Part shown: positions 38,391 through 50,964 of the stretch, piece by piece
How positions within the stretch are numbered: position 1 is the stretch's first letter
Layout: each line of letters begins with the position of its first letter
NCBI GenBank assembly: GCA_050331735.1
Contig: JBHJGN010000077.1
Location: 1 to 64,000 of the forward strand
From: Cyanophyceae cyanobacterium
GTDB taxonomy: Bacteria > Cyanobacteriota > Cyanobacteriia > Cyanobacteriales > JBHJGN01
DNA length: 64,000 nt
Reading direction: 5' to 3'
Notes under the pieces: model-generated
What the model was told of the DNA's origin: nothing
Database searches by the model: none
What the model saw: the letters and a program-made list of their open reading frames with translations, nothing else
Made by a program: the position numbers and the translations under genes

Positions 38391-40534
38391 TAGACTAGAG
38401 TGATTTCTTCATTTAATTCACTCTCTTGGATGCCTTGCATAACCTGACCCTTAGCGCCAGCAACGGTGATTTTGAACTCGCTGCCGGCTCTTTGTTTGTA
38501 GAAGAGCAAGTAGCGTAACGCCTCAGTTGAGATCGAGTTGAGCTCTTCCATGTTGAGAACAAGCCCCTGAATGCCGTGGATTTTCTCTAACTGTTCCTTG
38601 AGATATTTCAAGCTACTTGGCTCTAGAGCCCCCGATAAGTTAAGCTTGGCTACTCCCTCGTTGACTTCCATCAGATCGGCATCAAAATCAATTCCGGCAG
38701 GAACGAGGCGAACTCGGACTTTCATCTCGGTTTTGTCAGCAGGGAGTTTAACCGTTAGCGCCATCGGGTCGAAATCTGTATAAGGGCGCTCGTTGAGCCA
38801 CACTTCCCCAATGTGTACACTTCCTTGGGGTAATAGATCGGGCGCGACCCGCAAGAGGTTGTCTGGGAACGCGCTTGCTGTCGGCTTGAAGAAGAAATCC
38901 ATCGGTTCCTTCTTGATCAAAAGGTTGGTATATACCGCCGCTAGGTAGCACAGTTCAAAGGAATGATAGCCCGCCATCGAGTGACTGCCCTTGCCGCGCT
39001 CGGTGCCTAAAGAATAGGGCTGGCCGTTGGCTAATACGTTGAAGTAAACGCCGCCAGACTCGGTATCGAGGAACCAGCTATTGTAGAAGGACGTGCCTTC
39101 GCGGGCGAAGCGCAGAAAGTCGGGGTTGTCGCGGTAGACTCCGGCCATGATGTAATAGGCGAGGATGCCCTGCTCCTGCTGCCACCAAGCTTTGCGGTCG
39201 TGCCAGACACAGCGATGGAACTTCTCTCCTGGAGCCAGCACCCGTTCGAGCACGTCATACCAGCCGCCCCGCTGGCGATCGCATCCAGCATCGGGAATGA
39301 TCTGGCCAATTTTCTCGGCAAACTCCTTGTACTCCGCCTTGGGCTTGAGGCTATACATCCGGGTGAGGTTCCAGGCAATTTTGAGGTTATGACCCACCAC
39401 CGCTCGGTTCTGCTGCCATCCCCAGTGCTGATCTTTGGTCCAGTCATCAAAAAACTTTTCTTGCACAAAGGGGCTTTCGCCATAGTCTGGGAAGTGGGCG
39501 GTAATGGTGTCAAAGGTGTATTCAAGAAAGTCTGCGTATTCCTGAGCGCCTGTTGCTAGCCACAGATTGATTAAGTAAGCCGGCGCATGATCGCCCACTG
39601 AGTTCCAATTCTTTCGCGCTCGATTCTGCTTGAGAGACTCGCTGTAGGGGCTGAGCGTAATCGGATCGATGTGGGAATAATAGCCGCCTTTGTCGCTTTT
39701 ATCTTTAAAGAAGCGGTGAAAGAAGGAGACCGTGGCTTTGATATCCTCCATAATTTGCGAATCGCCCGTAATCCGATAGGTCTGAGTCGGACCCGCCAAA
39801 GCATAGATCTGTTCGTAGCACGGAATGGCATCGTAGTCGTCGCCAAACTCTGAAGCAAAGATTTTCTCTTCGGTGCCGTCTTCTTTGAGGTCAACAGCAT
39901 GATACCAGTAGCAGATGCCCTCGCCGCGATCTTGAAAGCGCAGGTGTTCGCGCAGGTAATCGGTTCCTTTTTGAGCCGCTTCTAGGTAGCGGTCATCGCC
40001 AGTGAGGAGATAGGCAGAGGCAAAGCCGTAGACCAGGCGAGAAATTGTGTCCGTTTCCTGACGACCCGCTTTTTGCTTTTGCCCCGTAATCGTTAAACTA
40101 GTGCGGTACTCCGAATAGTCAATGTCGCCCCCTTCTAGGGTTCCAAACTCGGCTTCCAGGTAGAAGTCTGCGAGCTGCTTAATCTGCTTAATCCACCAGT
40201 CTTGCGCCTCAAAGCGGTACTCGTGCTCTTTACGACCGAGAAAGACAATGTGCTTGGCTTCAAACTTGTACTCTCCATTCAATCCATCGGGGTAGAAAAT
40301 GCCGTAAACAAACAGATAGCGATCGCGGGTGAGCATTTCCTTCAGTTGTCCGCTCGCATCCTGATAGGGTTCGCCCAAATTACGCACCAGTTCGGCATAC
40401 AGGGTAGGAGTTAGATAGACAAGAAACTCGCGCTCGTCGGAGGTTTTTAAGCCGAAGGCATTTTTATCGGCATCGTATTGCGTGACGTAGCCAGCAATGA
40501 GATCTGAAAACGGAAATTCGATTCTCTTAGTCAT
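38390..40534 (-). CDS. AGE-family (N-acylglucosamine 2-epimerase-like) protein with C-terminal STAS-like domain
   Basis: ISRLVYG, NSVGDHAPAY, GHNLKIAW, KAWWQQEQ and GYHSFEL; C-terminal LNMEELNSISTEALRYL (STAS-like). Confidence 0.8.
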   Translation of the reverse strand: MTKRIEFPFSDLIAGYVTQYDADKNAFGLKTSDEREFLVYLTPTLYAELVRNLGEPYQDASGQLKEMLTRDRYLFVYGIFYPDGLNGEYKFEAKHIVFLGRKEHEYRFEAQDWWIKQIKQLADFYLEAEFGTLEGGDIDYSEYRTSLTITGQKQKAGRQETDTISRLVYGFASAYLLTGDDRYLEAAQKGTDYLREHLRFQDRGEGICYWYHAVDLKEDGTEEKIFASEFGDDYDAIPCYEQIYALAGPTQTYRITGDSQIMEDIKATVSFFHRFFKDKSDKGGYYSHIDPITLSPYSESLKQNRARKNWNSVGDHAPAYLINLWLATGAQEYADFLEYTFDTITAHFPDYGESPFVQEKFFDDWTKDQHWGWQQNRAVVGHNLKIAWNLTRMYSLKPKAEYKEFAEKIGQIIPDAGCDRQRGGWYDVLERVLAPGEKFHRCVWHDRKAWWQQEQGILAYYIMAGVYRDNPDFLRFAREGTSFYNSWFLDTESGGVYFNVLANGQPYSLGTERGKGSHSMAGYHSFELCYLAAVYTNLLIKKEPMDFFFKPTASAFPDNLLRVAPDLLPQGSVHIGEVWLNERPYTDFDPMALTVKLPADKTEMKVRVRLVPAGIDFDADLMEVNEGVAKLNLSGALEPSSLKYLKEQLEKIHGIQGLVLNMEELNSISTEALRYLLFYKQRAGSEFKITVAGAKGQVMQGIQESELNEEITLV

Positions 40535-40561
40535 TGGAGTTAATCCTTCGCTTGATAACAG

Positions 40562-42655
<2,094 letters not shown>

Positions 42656-42706
42656 AAGCATCCTCATACAATGAGCGGCGATCGGTTGTTGACCGCCAGG
42701 TGTTGG

Positions 42707-44248
42707 TTAGCAGATATCTTCTGCTAGAATCTTGTCCAGACAGCGTTCTGCAAAGGCGGCGATGGTCAGCGCCGGATTGCACGCGGCGGCTCCTCGGGGA
42801 ATAAGAGCGCCATCTACGACGTACAGACCGGAATACCCGTGGACGCGACCGTAAAAATCGCAGGCTTTCCCCATCACTGCCCCGCCCAGAGGATGAGCCG
42901 TGACCCCACTATTGGCAGTCGTTTTGAGATTAGCTGACACCGTGGTGGCTTTTTCTGGAAATCCATGCACGGGAGATTGATAGTGTCCCGAAAACTCCTG
43001 CATCGACTCTGGCGAAGGCTCCTGCTCTCGGGCCTCATCGAGGAGAGAGAGGGTGTAATTAACCGTTTCTAGAAGCTTCTGAGCACCGGGCGTTTCCTGG
43101 GGCCAGTGGAGCTTTACCGAGTCTGTCGCCGCATCATAGCGGAACTCGCCCGTATCTTGAGGAATGCTCATTCCCAAGAAAGTCAGAGTTTGCTCTGGAG
43201 AATCCCATTCAGGGAATACAATAATCGTTTGCGGTCCGTGGGGGTTATCTTCGTGGCGAATGGCAACCGAGGCGGGTCCGCCCTGACCGCCGTTGGTCGG
43301 CTTCCCAACGCTATGCACTGCAAAGGTATCGCCGTTATTGCCCCACTCCTTGCCAATGTACTCGTTAAGTTGGGGAAGAGTCCCTGTGGCTTTGGCGCGA
43401 GTCAGGAGCTTTGCGGTTCCCATAGAGCCTGCCCCCATAAACAGATAAGAACAGAGGATTTCGCTCGCCTCCAGTACCTGACCAGACTCATCGATTTTAT
43501 TGTAGGTGACGCGAAATCCGGCTTCGTCCTCATAGATGCCAGTGACGACATGCAGCGGACGCACATCCACAAACCCGGTTTCCTCCGCCTCTTTGAGATA
43601 GTTTTGATCCAGGCTATTTTTGCAGCCACTGTTAATGCCGTACCAAATTTCTCCCGCAATAGCGGCTGGTTTTTTCTCCCCACGAATTTCTTGGCGAATC
43701 ACCTCCCAGTCACTGCCAATATTGAGGCGCATGGTCGGTAGGCTTGCTTTGTCTGCCTGTTCGAGGAAAACCTGCGACGAAAGATAGTAGTCGGTTTCTA
43801 AAACGTCATCCGGAATTGAATCTGCCTTGAGCTTCTCAATCACTCGCGGATAATAGACGGTATCCATTTCTTCGTAGCTGATGGACTGGGGAAAGATTTT
43901 GGAGAAGCTGGCTTCGGTCGGCTGAAGCAGCACCGTGTTATAAACCAAAGACCCGCCGCCCACGCCAGAAGCCGCCCATACGGTAATTCCGTCTTCTATC
44001 AGTTGCTCAACAATTCCGGTATAAACATCAATGGGTTCCGGGGTAAACAACACGGTTTTCTCGCTGAGCCAAGCGGCACGTCCATCCGGGTGACGATAGG
44101 TGGCAAAGGTATCTTGAGCTTCGGTAATGTTCCAGCGTCTGCCGCGCTCTAACACCACGGTTTCGATTCCCGCTTTGCCAAGCCGATAAGCAGCAATCGA
44201 GCCACCGAAACCGCTACCAATCGCTAGTGCTTTTACTTTTTCACTCAT
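42707..44248 (-). CDS. GMC oxidoreductase, cholesterol oxidase-like, without Tat leader
   Basis: GSGFGG, ERGRRW, VGGGSLV, KNSLDQNYL, WGNNGD, HPLGG and NPALTI. Confidence 0.85.
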   Translation of the reverse strand: MSEKVKALAIGSGFGGSIAAYRLGKAGIETVVLERGRRWNITEAQDTFATYRHPDGRAAWLSEKTVLFTPEPIDVYTGIVEQLIEDGITVWAASGVGGGSLVYNTVLLQPTEASFSKIFPQSISYEEMDTVYYPRVIEKLKADSIPDDVLETDYYLSSQVFLEQADKASLPTMRLNIGSDWEVIRQEIRGEKKPAAIAGEIWYGINSGCKNSLDQNYLKEAEETGFVDVRPLHVVTGIYEDEAGFRVTYNKIDESGQVLEASEILCSYLFMGAGSMGTAKLLTRAKATGTLPQLNEYIGKEWGNNGDTFAVHSVGKPTNGGQGGPASVAIRHEDNPHGPQTIIVFPEWDSPEQTLTFLGMSIPQDTGEFRYDAATDSVKLHWPQETPGAQKLLETVNYTLSLLDEAREQEPSPESMQEFSGHYQSPVHGFPEKATTVSANLKTTANSGVTAHPLGGAVMGKACDFYGRVHGYSGLYVVDGALIPRGAAACNPALTIAAFAERCLDKILAEDIC

Positions 44249-44322
44249 GCTTTTCAATCTCAATTTAATTGATGTCCTCAGCTAACGAGCTGAGCAAAAC
44301 TGCTAGTGATGTCTCTACAGGC

Positions 44323-44937
44323 TCACTGATGTTCAATTTCTTTGATAAAAATCTCCATAAACCGCTCGGTCACGGCAGGGTGTTTACCAGAAATGAGATC
44401 GCCATCAACGTAAATATCAACGGTTCCTTCGTCGCCGAAGATAATTTCTGCCCCAGCGTTGGCAACATCGCAGATAATATTGTGGGCGCAGGTGACTTTT
44501 CTGCCCTGAAGCAGCTTCTGATCTGCACAGAGTAACCAGAGGCTGTGACAAATGGTTCCCACCTTGATGCCTGGGGTCTTCATTACTTGGCGCAGGAATT
44601 CCACTGCCGGAGCCTGATTGGGTTGTCCAGGTTGAGGTTTGGGCTGGTAGCGGAGGCGATCGCTAGCATAAGCGCCAATGCAGATAAATCCCTGATATTC
44701 AGTTAGCTCAACATCTTTAAAATCCTTAGTAACGGTAACGTGTTCCTCAACAGTTCCGTTATCAGGGTTACTGCCAAACTTAAGTTCAGAATTACCCCAT
44801 AGGTAAGAAATATACTCAACTTCATAGCCTCGCTGAGGAAAATATTCGTTAAACAAACGGAATTCTGTCGGATCAAAATGATCTTCAATCAGAACCCCGA
44901 TTTTTCCTGCGGCTGCTCCGCTCGGCGTTATTTTCAT
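44323..44937 (-). CDS. DJ-1/PfpI family protein
   Basis: EDHFDPTE and nucleophile elbow GTICHSLW. Confidence 0.88.
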   Translation of the reverse strand: MKITPSGAAAGKIGVLIEDHFDPTEFRLFNEYFPQRGYEVEYISYLWGNSELKFGSNPDNGTVEEHVTVTKDFKDVELTEYQGFICIGAYASDRLRYQPKPQPGQPNQAPAVEFLRQVMKTPGIKVGTICHSLWLLCADQKLLQGRKVTCAHNIICDVANAGAEIIFGDEGTVDIYVDGDLISGKHPAVTERFMEIFIKEIEHQ

Positions 44938-45178
44938 GATTTTATTTTCAGTTAGTTATCTAAACTCTTTAAGCGCCAGCCTTTAAAATACAAGCCTAAT
45001 CACTTTGACTTATTTATTGTTTAAAAATTCTTTTGACATTATTGTGTCTACAAACGATGCTGTGGGTAGATTAATGCTTTTTTCTAGCTGATAATATATT
45101 TTGTCGATTATTATATCTCTATCCCTTTAAATTCTTGATGGACAAGCTAACTAAAATTACTCAAAGCCGGCAATCAAC

Positions 45179-45781
45179 TTAAGTTTTTATCAGCTTCAAT
45201 AAATTATCGGGAGCAAAAACATCGCGGTAGAACGTCAGTTGTTCGCTCTTGAAATAGCAGCCGCCTCGATGTCCACGTCGTACCCAGCAAACGCTTCCTT
45301 TAGCCAGAGTTTCGTTGGTTTCATCATCAAAACAGTTCCACTCAAAATGAACAAACTCTCCCCAAAACATCACAATAGGCCAACACATTGTGACACCAGG
45401 TTGAGCAATTAACGCCCACCAATGTTTTTCTCGCGGCTTTTGCTCTTCTAAACCGTAGTAGGGACCGTCCTGACAGAAATAAACAAGGTCATTGCGATAT
45501 TCAAGCGTTAAAATATCTCCTCTACCTTGCCTCAGTGCCTCGCAATGAGTCGGCCACCACTCTTTGTTCTCTTTTTCAATTTGGGTCAGAGGATAATTAC
45601 GATCGATAGCAGGAAGCGTAGAGTCTTTAAGTTGAACAAATGTTTCAGCCTTTTCGATCAGAGTCTGCTGCATCTCTTGAGAAACTAGACCAGGCTTAGA
45701 ATAGTTGGCAGCTAAATCTTGATAATAGTTGTTTCGCTTTTTCATCTGTGCCACCTTTTTTGCTGACAATAGTTTAGCCAC
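45179..45781 (-). CDS. Hypothetical protein, probable SnoaL/NTF2-like fold
   Basis: 200-aa ORF with GTG start; the C-half pattern (Y..DLVYFC.DGP..G) resembles NTF2-like proteins. Confidence 0.6.
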   Translation of the reverse strand: MAKLLSAKKVAQMKKRNNYYQDLAANYSKPGLVSQEMQQTLIEKAETFVQLKDSTLPAIDRNYPLTQIEKENKEWWPTHCEALRQGRGDILTLEYRNDLVYFCQDGPYYGLEEQKPREKHWWALIAQPGVTMCWPIVMFWGEFVHFEWNCFDDETNETLAKGSVCWVRRGHRGGCYFKSEQLTFYRDVFAPDNLLKLIKT

Positions 45782-46030
45782 AGCTACGACTGTGCGACAT
45801 CGGTGAAGACATGCAAAGAATATTGTTTTGTCTACAAATAATCAGTAGATCTACTAATTCTTAAGAAAAAATACTGTGGAAATTACTGGTTTCTTCTGCT
45901 GTTTTCGTTTTTAGTAATCTTTACTTAAAAAGTCTGTGCAACAACGCTCGCTCACACCTAGAAAAAAGACTAGGATCACCTACAGCAAAACAGTGATAGG
46001 ATGCTGCCTGTAGAGTTCAGTTAACTACAG

Positions 46031-46669
46031 ATGCCGACAGTCGCTACTAACAATGACGTTGTTACAGTCATCATCATTTTTGCCGTTGAACCTCAGCGCC
46101 AGCAGGAACTCATCGACACCATTAAGGAATTTTTGGCAACGGTTAAGCAACAGCCCGGTTTTGTCTCTGCTAGCTTGCACAAAAGCATCGATGGCCAAAA
46201 AGTGGCTAACTACGCCCAGTGGCAAAGCCAGAAAGACTATCTAGCTTTTATCAATAACTCTGAGGTACAGGCGCAGGGGAAAAAACTCGGAGAATTTGGT
46301 TCGCCTGACTCTCATCTCTACCAAGTTGTCGTTTCTGAATCGAAAGCAGGCACTCCTAAAATTACTCAGGGAGGCTACATTACCCACTTTGCTGAGTTTC
46401 GGATGTCGCCAGAAAATCAGCCTCGCATGGTGGAATTAGCGCGCATACACGTTGGTAAAGCGATGGAACTGCCGGGGCTTGTCTCAGCTAACTTTCACCG
46501 TAGCCTCGACGGAACTCGCGTGATTAACTACGGACAGTGGGAAAATGCCAACGCCATCGAAGAACTTCGCCAGCAGCCCGGTTTTGGTTCAGAAGCTCCC
46601 TATTGGGAAGGAATCGCCGAAAATGAATTTCATCTCTATGAGGTGGTGCACACTGAACCTGCGGATTAA
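46031..46669 (+). CDS. Tandem antibiotic biosynthesis monooxygenase (ABM) domain protein
   Basis: Two repeats of PG.VSA..H.S.DG..V.NY.QW. Confidence 0.88.
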   Translation: MPTVATNNDVVTVIIIFAVEPQRQQELIDTIKEFLATVKQQPGFVSASLHKSIDGQKVANYAQWQSQKDYLAFINNSEVQAQGKKLGEFGSPDSHLYQVVVSESKAGTPKITQGGYITHFAEFRMSPENQPRMVELARIHVGKAMELPGLVSANFHRSLDGTRVINYGQWENANAIEELRQQPGFGSEAPYWEGIAENEFHLYEVVHTEPAD

Positions 46670-46680
46670 GCTATACCTCC

Positions 46681-47322
46681 TTAAAGGCTGTTCGGATCGA
46701 TGCCCAGTTCTCTGAGCTTTTCCGCTAACCTCTGCGCTCTTTGTGCTTCTTCTTCGTGGGATAGAAGAATCTTATCTGTGGCTGAGTCGTAAAATCTTAG
46801 CTCATCGCGAAGCTGTAACTCTAGCCCTAGCACGTCGCTCTTTAGAGAAGCTTCATCGGGAGAAATTGGCTCCATCTGCTGATAACTTCCCTTAACCAAC
46901 CGTAAGCCCTGAAGCCTTGGTTTCAGGTAATCTCCAGTCGGATCGTATTGAAAGTACTCTTGCACACCCAAAGCAGCGTATAAATTCGGCTTGGCGTTTT
47001 GATCTTCTTTCTTTGTACTTTTAGAAGTAATTTCTAAAACAAAATCTGGTGTTTTTCCTTCTTCCCACACTTTATAGGAACGGCGATTTTGCTTATTTAT
47101 GCCAAGAACAACAAATACATCCGGTGCGACTACGGCAGCAGGATTTCCCTGTTCGTAATAGATAAACAAATTTCCAGAAACATAAACATCCTGCCGATTC
47201 TGAAAATAAATTCTTAAGACTTTAACAGCATAAATCAAAGAGTCTCGCGTTTGATCGCTTTCTGCCATTGGCTTTCCGTCTGAATCTGGATATTCAATTT
47301 CCGTAAGTTCAGTTGAAGCCAT
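46681..47322 (-). CDS. Uma2 family putative endonuclease
   Basis: YPDSDGKPMAES, APDVFVV, EITSKST and EYFQYDP. Confidence 0.92.
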   Translation of the reverse strand: MASTELTEIEYPDSDGKPMAESDQTRDSLIYAVKVLRIYFQNRQDVYVSGNLFIYYEQGNPAAVVAPDVFVVLGINKQNRRSYKVWEEGKTPDFVLEITSKSTKKEDQNAKPNLYAALGVQEYFQYDPTGDYLKPRLQGLRLVKGSYQQMEPISPDEASLKSDVLGLELQLRDELRFYDSATDKILLSHEEEAQRAQRLAEKLRELGIDPNSL

Positions 47323-47452
47323 GCTCGCCGCCTCCGATTTGACTTAAATTGATACTAGCATTCCCAGAGATATCCAAGATACAGTAACGGTTTTCGGCTA
47401 ACAAACTAGTAAATTTGTCAATCAGTAAATAAACTTATAATTCTGAAGAGAA

Positions 47453-49036
47453 ATGGCAAACATTGTTAAACAGCCGTGTGATGAAGGAGTTATTCACTCC
47501 AAGTCCTGTACCTCTCCTTGTCAAAAGAATGCCAGAGTTTGGGTGCTGGTGGCGACGATTCTTGGCTCTAGCATGGCGTTTATTAGCAGTACGGTGGTGA
47601 ATGTGGCACTGCCTACTCTTCAGGAGCAGCTTGGCGCGACGGTGGCTGGTGCTCAGTGGGTAGTAGAATCCTACGCGCTATTTGTGGCGGCTTTGATGCT
47701 GGTAGGCGGCTCGCTAGGCGATCGCCTGGGACGCCGACGCATCTATGCGCTCGGCATCGGTATCTTTGCCCTGGCTTCGGTGTGGTGCGGACTGGCTCCC
47801 GATATTACTCAGCTCATCGTAGCGCGGGGAGTCCAGGGAGTTGGCGGTGCGCTGCTCATTCCCGGGAGTTTAGCGATTATCAGTGCTGCTTTTACCAGCG
47901 AGCAGCGCGGCGGGGCGATTGGCCTGTGGTCAGGCTTTACCGCGATTACTTCGGCGGTGGGTCCGGTGTTGGGAGGCTGGCTGATCGAAAATTTCTCCTG
48001 GCGCTGGGTGTTTTGGATGAATATTCCGTTAGCCCTCATCGTCCTAGCCGTAAGTTACTGGCGCGTTCCCGAGAGCCGAGATGAGGAAGCGACAGCTCGC
48101 CTCGACTGGCAGGGAACGCTCCTTGCCGTGTTGGGATTGGGAGGCGTGGTCTTTGGACTGCTAGAGTCTGCGAGTTTAGGATTGAGTCATCCTGTTGTTT
48201 TGGGAGCGATCGCCTTTGGAGTGATAGTGTTGGCCGGGTTTGTGTTTGTAGAGGCCCGCAGTGCTTCCCCCATTATGCCCCTCAACCTGTTTCGCTCCCG
48301 AACCTTCAGCGGTGCTAATTTACTAACGCTGCTGCTGTATGCAGCTTTAGGCGGAGTCTTATTCTTTCTGCCGTTTAACCTCATTCAGGTCCAGGGGTAC
48401 TCGCCCACGGCAGCCGGAGCCGCGCTGGTGCCGTTCCCCATTATCATGTTTTTCCTCAGTCGCTGGTCTGGAGGCTTGGTCAGTCACTACGGAGCTAAGC
48501 TACCGCTTATTGTTGGTCCCACGGTAGCAGCGGCGGGATTTGGGTTAATGGCCCTTCCTGGCGTTGGTGGCAGCTACTGGACCACCTTTTTTCCCGCCGT
48601 TGTGGTGCTGGGGTTAGGAATGGCGGTATGTGTCGCCCCGCTAACAACGGCAGTAATGGATGCGGTGATGGTGCGCTATTCAGGAGTCGCCTCGGGCATC
48701 AATAATGCTGTCTCTCGCATTGCCAGCTTACTGGCGATCGCCCTTTTGGGTATTGTCGTGCTCAGCACCTTTAACGGCAGCCTCGACCAGCGCCTTGCCC
48801 CGCTCAATCTTTCTAGCGAAGCTCAGCAGTTTCTCAACGAACAGCGCATCAACCTCGCCGCCGCCGCAGTGCCTCCGGGATCGAGCGATGAAGTCGCGGC
48901 AACAGTGAGAGAGGCGATCGCCTGGGCTTATGTAGATGGCTTTCGCGTGGTCATGTTTATTGCCGTTGGCTTGGCGCTCCTCAGCGCGATCGTCGCCGCG
49001 ACGATGATTAAAAGTCAAAAGAAACAAAGGGCTTGA
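47453..49036 (+). CDS. MFS efflux transporter, DHA2 type
   Basis: VVNVALP, GSLGDRLGRRR and WRWVFWMNIP; about 14 TM segments. Confidence 0.92.
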   Translation: MANIVKQPCDEGVIHSKSCTSPCQKNARVWVLVATILGSSMAFISSTVVNVALPTLQEQLGATVAGAQWVVESYALFVAALMLVGGSLGDRLGRRRIYALGIGIFALASVWCGLAPDITQLIVARGVQGVGGALLIPGSLAIISAAFTSEQRGGAIGLWSGFTAITSAVGPVLGGWLIENFSWRWVFWMNIPLALIVLAVSYWRVPESRDEEATARLDWQGTLLAVLGLGGVVFGLLESASLGLSHPVVLGAIAFGVIVLAGFVFVEARSASPIMPLNLFRSRTFSGANLLTLLLYAALGGVLFFLPFNLIQVQGYSPTAAGAALVPFPIIMFFLSRWSGGLVSHYGAKLPLIVGPTVAAAGFGLMALPGVGGSYWTTFFPAVVVLGLGMAVCVAPLTTAVMDAVMVRYSGVASGINNAVSRIASLLAIALLGIVVLSTFNGSLDQRLAPLNLSSEAQQFLNEQRINLAAAAVPPGSSDEVAATVREAIAWAYVDGFRVVMFIAVGLALLSAIVAATMIKSQKKQRA

Positions 49037-49052
49037 GTCGATTCATGCCTTC

Positions 49053-49207
49053 TTATACCATTGACCGAAAGGAGTGAGATAGTTCTCCTAACTAACAAAG
49101 AGTTGGCTCTTAAAAGGGAAAGGCTGGCTGTGTTTACCTTTCCCCCTTACCCTTTCCCCTTTTTCCCAACGGATCAAGTCTCTCATGTCTTTTTCTAATT
49201 GGTATTA
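49053..49207. mobile_element. MITE-like element, copy 2
   Basis: TTATACCATTGACCGAAAG ... CTTTTTCTAATTGGTATTA. Confidence 0.75.
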
Positions 49208-49258
49208 GCTTGTGATTGATCATCTGGTAATTTTTAAACTTCGTGTAACCCTGCCGAC

Positions 49259-49420
49259 TTATACCATTTATCAAAAGTAGTCAGAGAGTTCCCCAAACTA
49301 TCAAAGAGTTGGAAGTTAACTGGGAAAAACTGGTGCCCTTTTCCCCTTCCCCTTGACCCGTTCCGATAGGAACTATTTTCCCCAACCAACCAATCTCATT
49401 ACTTTTTCTAATTGGTATTA
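49259..49420. mobile_element. MITE-like element, copy 3
   Basis: TTATACCATTTATCAAAAG ... CTTTTTCTAATTGGTATTA. Confidence 0.75.
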
Positions 49421-49488
49421 GATATATCCTTTAATCCTGTCTGCCTGACACATCTTTTACTCTCGCCCCACCTATAGGCTTCATCCGC

Positions 49489-50001
49489 CTAGGAAGAAAG
49501 GTGAGTTTCTAGATGAAGTATGGCGATCTCAAAACCCATTGCACGATAGGCAGCGAGCGCGTCCTTGTTGGTGGCGAGCACCATTAAGTTGATGCGAGAG
49601 ATACCACGCTGACGGGCGAAGCGGCGGACCGCCTCGACCAGAGATCGCCCGACACCAGCACTGCGTGCTGTCTTCGTTACCGTAAGGTCTTGCAGGTAAA
49701 TCTGCTCTGGTGGGTCATCCAGAATGTCCTCCTCCGCCACGCAAAAGGCAAACCCAACGATGGTGTCGTCTTTTTCTGCAACGAAGAGGGACGCATCGCA
49801 GTCTGGGTCAGCAAGTTGCTCCTCAAATTCCCGGATATAGGCATTGCTAACGTCGGGTTTTGCTGAGCGGCTCACCCGCAGAGGTCGCTCATAGGCTTGA
49901 AGCTCTTCGTGCAGTGCCAGAACTGCTGGGCGATCAGGTGGCTCATAGATTCGGATAAGCACTTCGCCCGACCTGCGCTTTCCTTCTTCAAACTGTTCCA
50001 T
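49489..50001 (-). CDS. GNAT acetyltransferase
   Basis: V...ARSAGVGRSLV and N..A...YRAMGF. Confidence 0.88.
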   Translation of the reverse strand: MEQFEEGKRRSGEVLIRIYEPPDRPAVLALHEELQAYERPLRVSRSAKPDVSNAYIREFEEQLADPDCDASLFVAEKDDTIVGFAFCVAEEDILDDPPEQIYLQDLTVTKTARSAGVGRSLVEAVRRFARQRGISRINLMVLATNKDALAAYRAMGFEIAILHLETHLSS

Positions 50002-50032
50002 ACTTAAGTGCCTGACACCTCTTTTTTATGAA

Positions 50033-50326
50033 CTACCAGTCATTGCTACCTTGGCGCTTCCGCCCCTTCCGTCGCCTGTTGCTACCGGGAGGCGTACGGT
50101 GAGCCCCAAAATACTTCTCACTGCGATAGCGCAACCAAACTCTCAGCACTTGAGGAATTTTTTCTTTCTGCTCCTTGGTCAACGTATTGTATAGCTGTAG
50201 CGCTCGTTCTCTTTCCCGGCGGCAGGCAGCATTATTATGAGCATCCCAGTAGCTCCGCGCTACCCGAATCCGGCGACAAACTTCTTTAACGAGGGCTTCT
50301 CCGGTTAGCGCATCGGGATCGACCAT
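50033..50326 (-). CDS. Small basic hypothetical protein
   Basis: 97-aa ORF with ATG start and protein-like composition; function not recognised. Confidence 0.7.
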   Translation of the reverse strand: MVDPDALTGEALVKEVCRRIRVARSYWDAHNNAACRRERERALQLYNTLTKEQKEKIPQVLRVWLRYRSEKYFGAHRTPPGSNRRRKGRKRQGSNDW

Positions 50327-50405
50327 GAATCAGTACCGTTTTTCTTCACCTTAGCATTCACTTCAACAGAGACTAAACTATCCTCTCAAAGCGATCGCAA
50401 TTGCC

Positions 50406-50888
50406 GTGAAACTGACATTTCAACCCTTTGAAAAAGAGTACGCCCTGGCAATTCTTCAGTGGCGCTACCCTGCCCCCTATGATTGCTACAACTTCAACGC
50501 TAGTACTTTTCAGGAGGATTTGAGCTATCTGCTTAACGAGCAAAACGCCTTTTTTGCTATTTTGAACCAACAGGGAGAACTTGAAGGCTATTGCTCTTTT
50601 GGAGCGGATGCTCAAGTACCAGGAGGTTACTACAGGGCTGAAGCTCTAGATATTGGGTTGGGGATCAGACCAGATTTAGTAGGTCGAGGGTATGGCAAAC
50701 AGTATGCTCGGACGGTGACAGAGTATGGATCTATTCGATATCGCTCAAAGCAGTTACGGGTAACAATCGCAGAATTTAATCGGCGAGCACAGCGAGTCTG
50801 GCAGCAGCTAGGTTTTGAGCAGGTGGAGAAGTTTGTCAAAATCGGGACGGAAGAAGAATTTGTGGTCATGCTCAAGGCAGAAGCCTAG
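50406..50888 (+). CDS. GNAT (RimJ/RimL-like) acetyltransferase
   Basis: GLGIRPDLVGRGYG and FNRRAQRVWQQLGF. Confidence 0.85.
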   Translation: MKLTFQPFEKEYALAILQWRYPAPYDCYNFNASTFQEDLSYLLNEQNAFFAILNQQGELEGYCSFGADAQVPGGYYRAEALDIGLGIRPDLVGRGYGKQYARTVTEYGSIRYRSKQLRVTIAEFNRRAQRVWQQLGFEQVEKFVKIGTEEEFVVMLKAEA

Positions 50889-50964
50889 GCAACAGCAAAA
50901 AGGACAAGACGCTTAAATCATTTTCCTCTGTTGACTGATACTGATAACTGAATCTACTTATTTT

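Noticed and set aside
43106..43741. Long antisense ORFs (e.g. 43106-43741, 41561-42067, 28343-28813, 20244-20567)
   Set aside because: They are shadows of well-supported genes on the opposite strand and have no recognisable motifs
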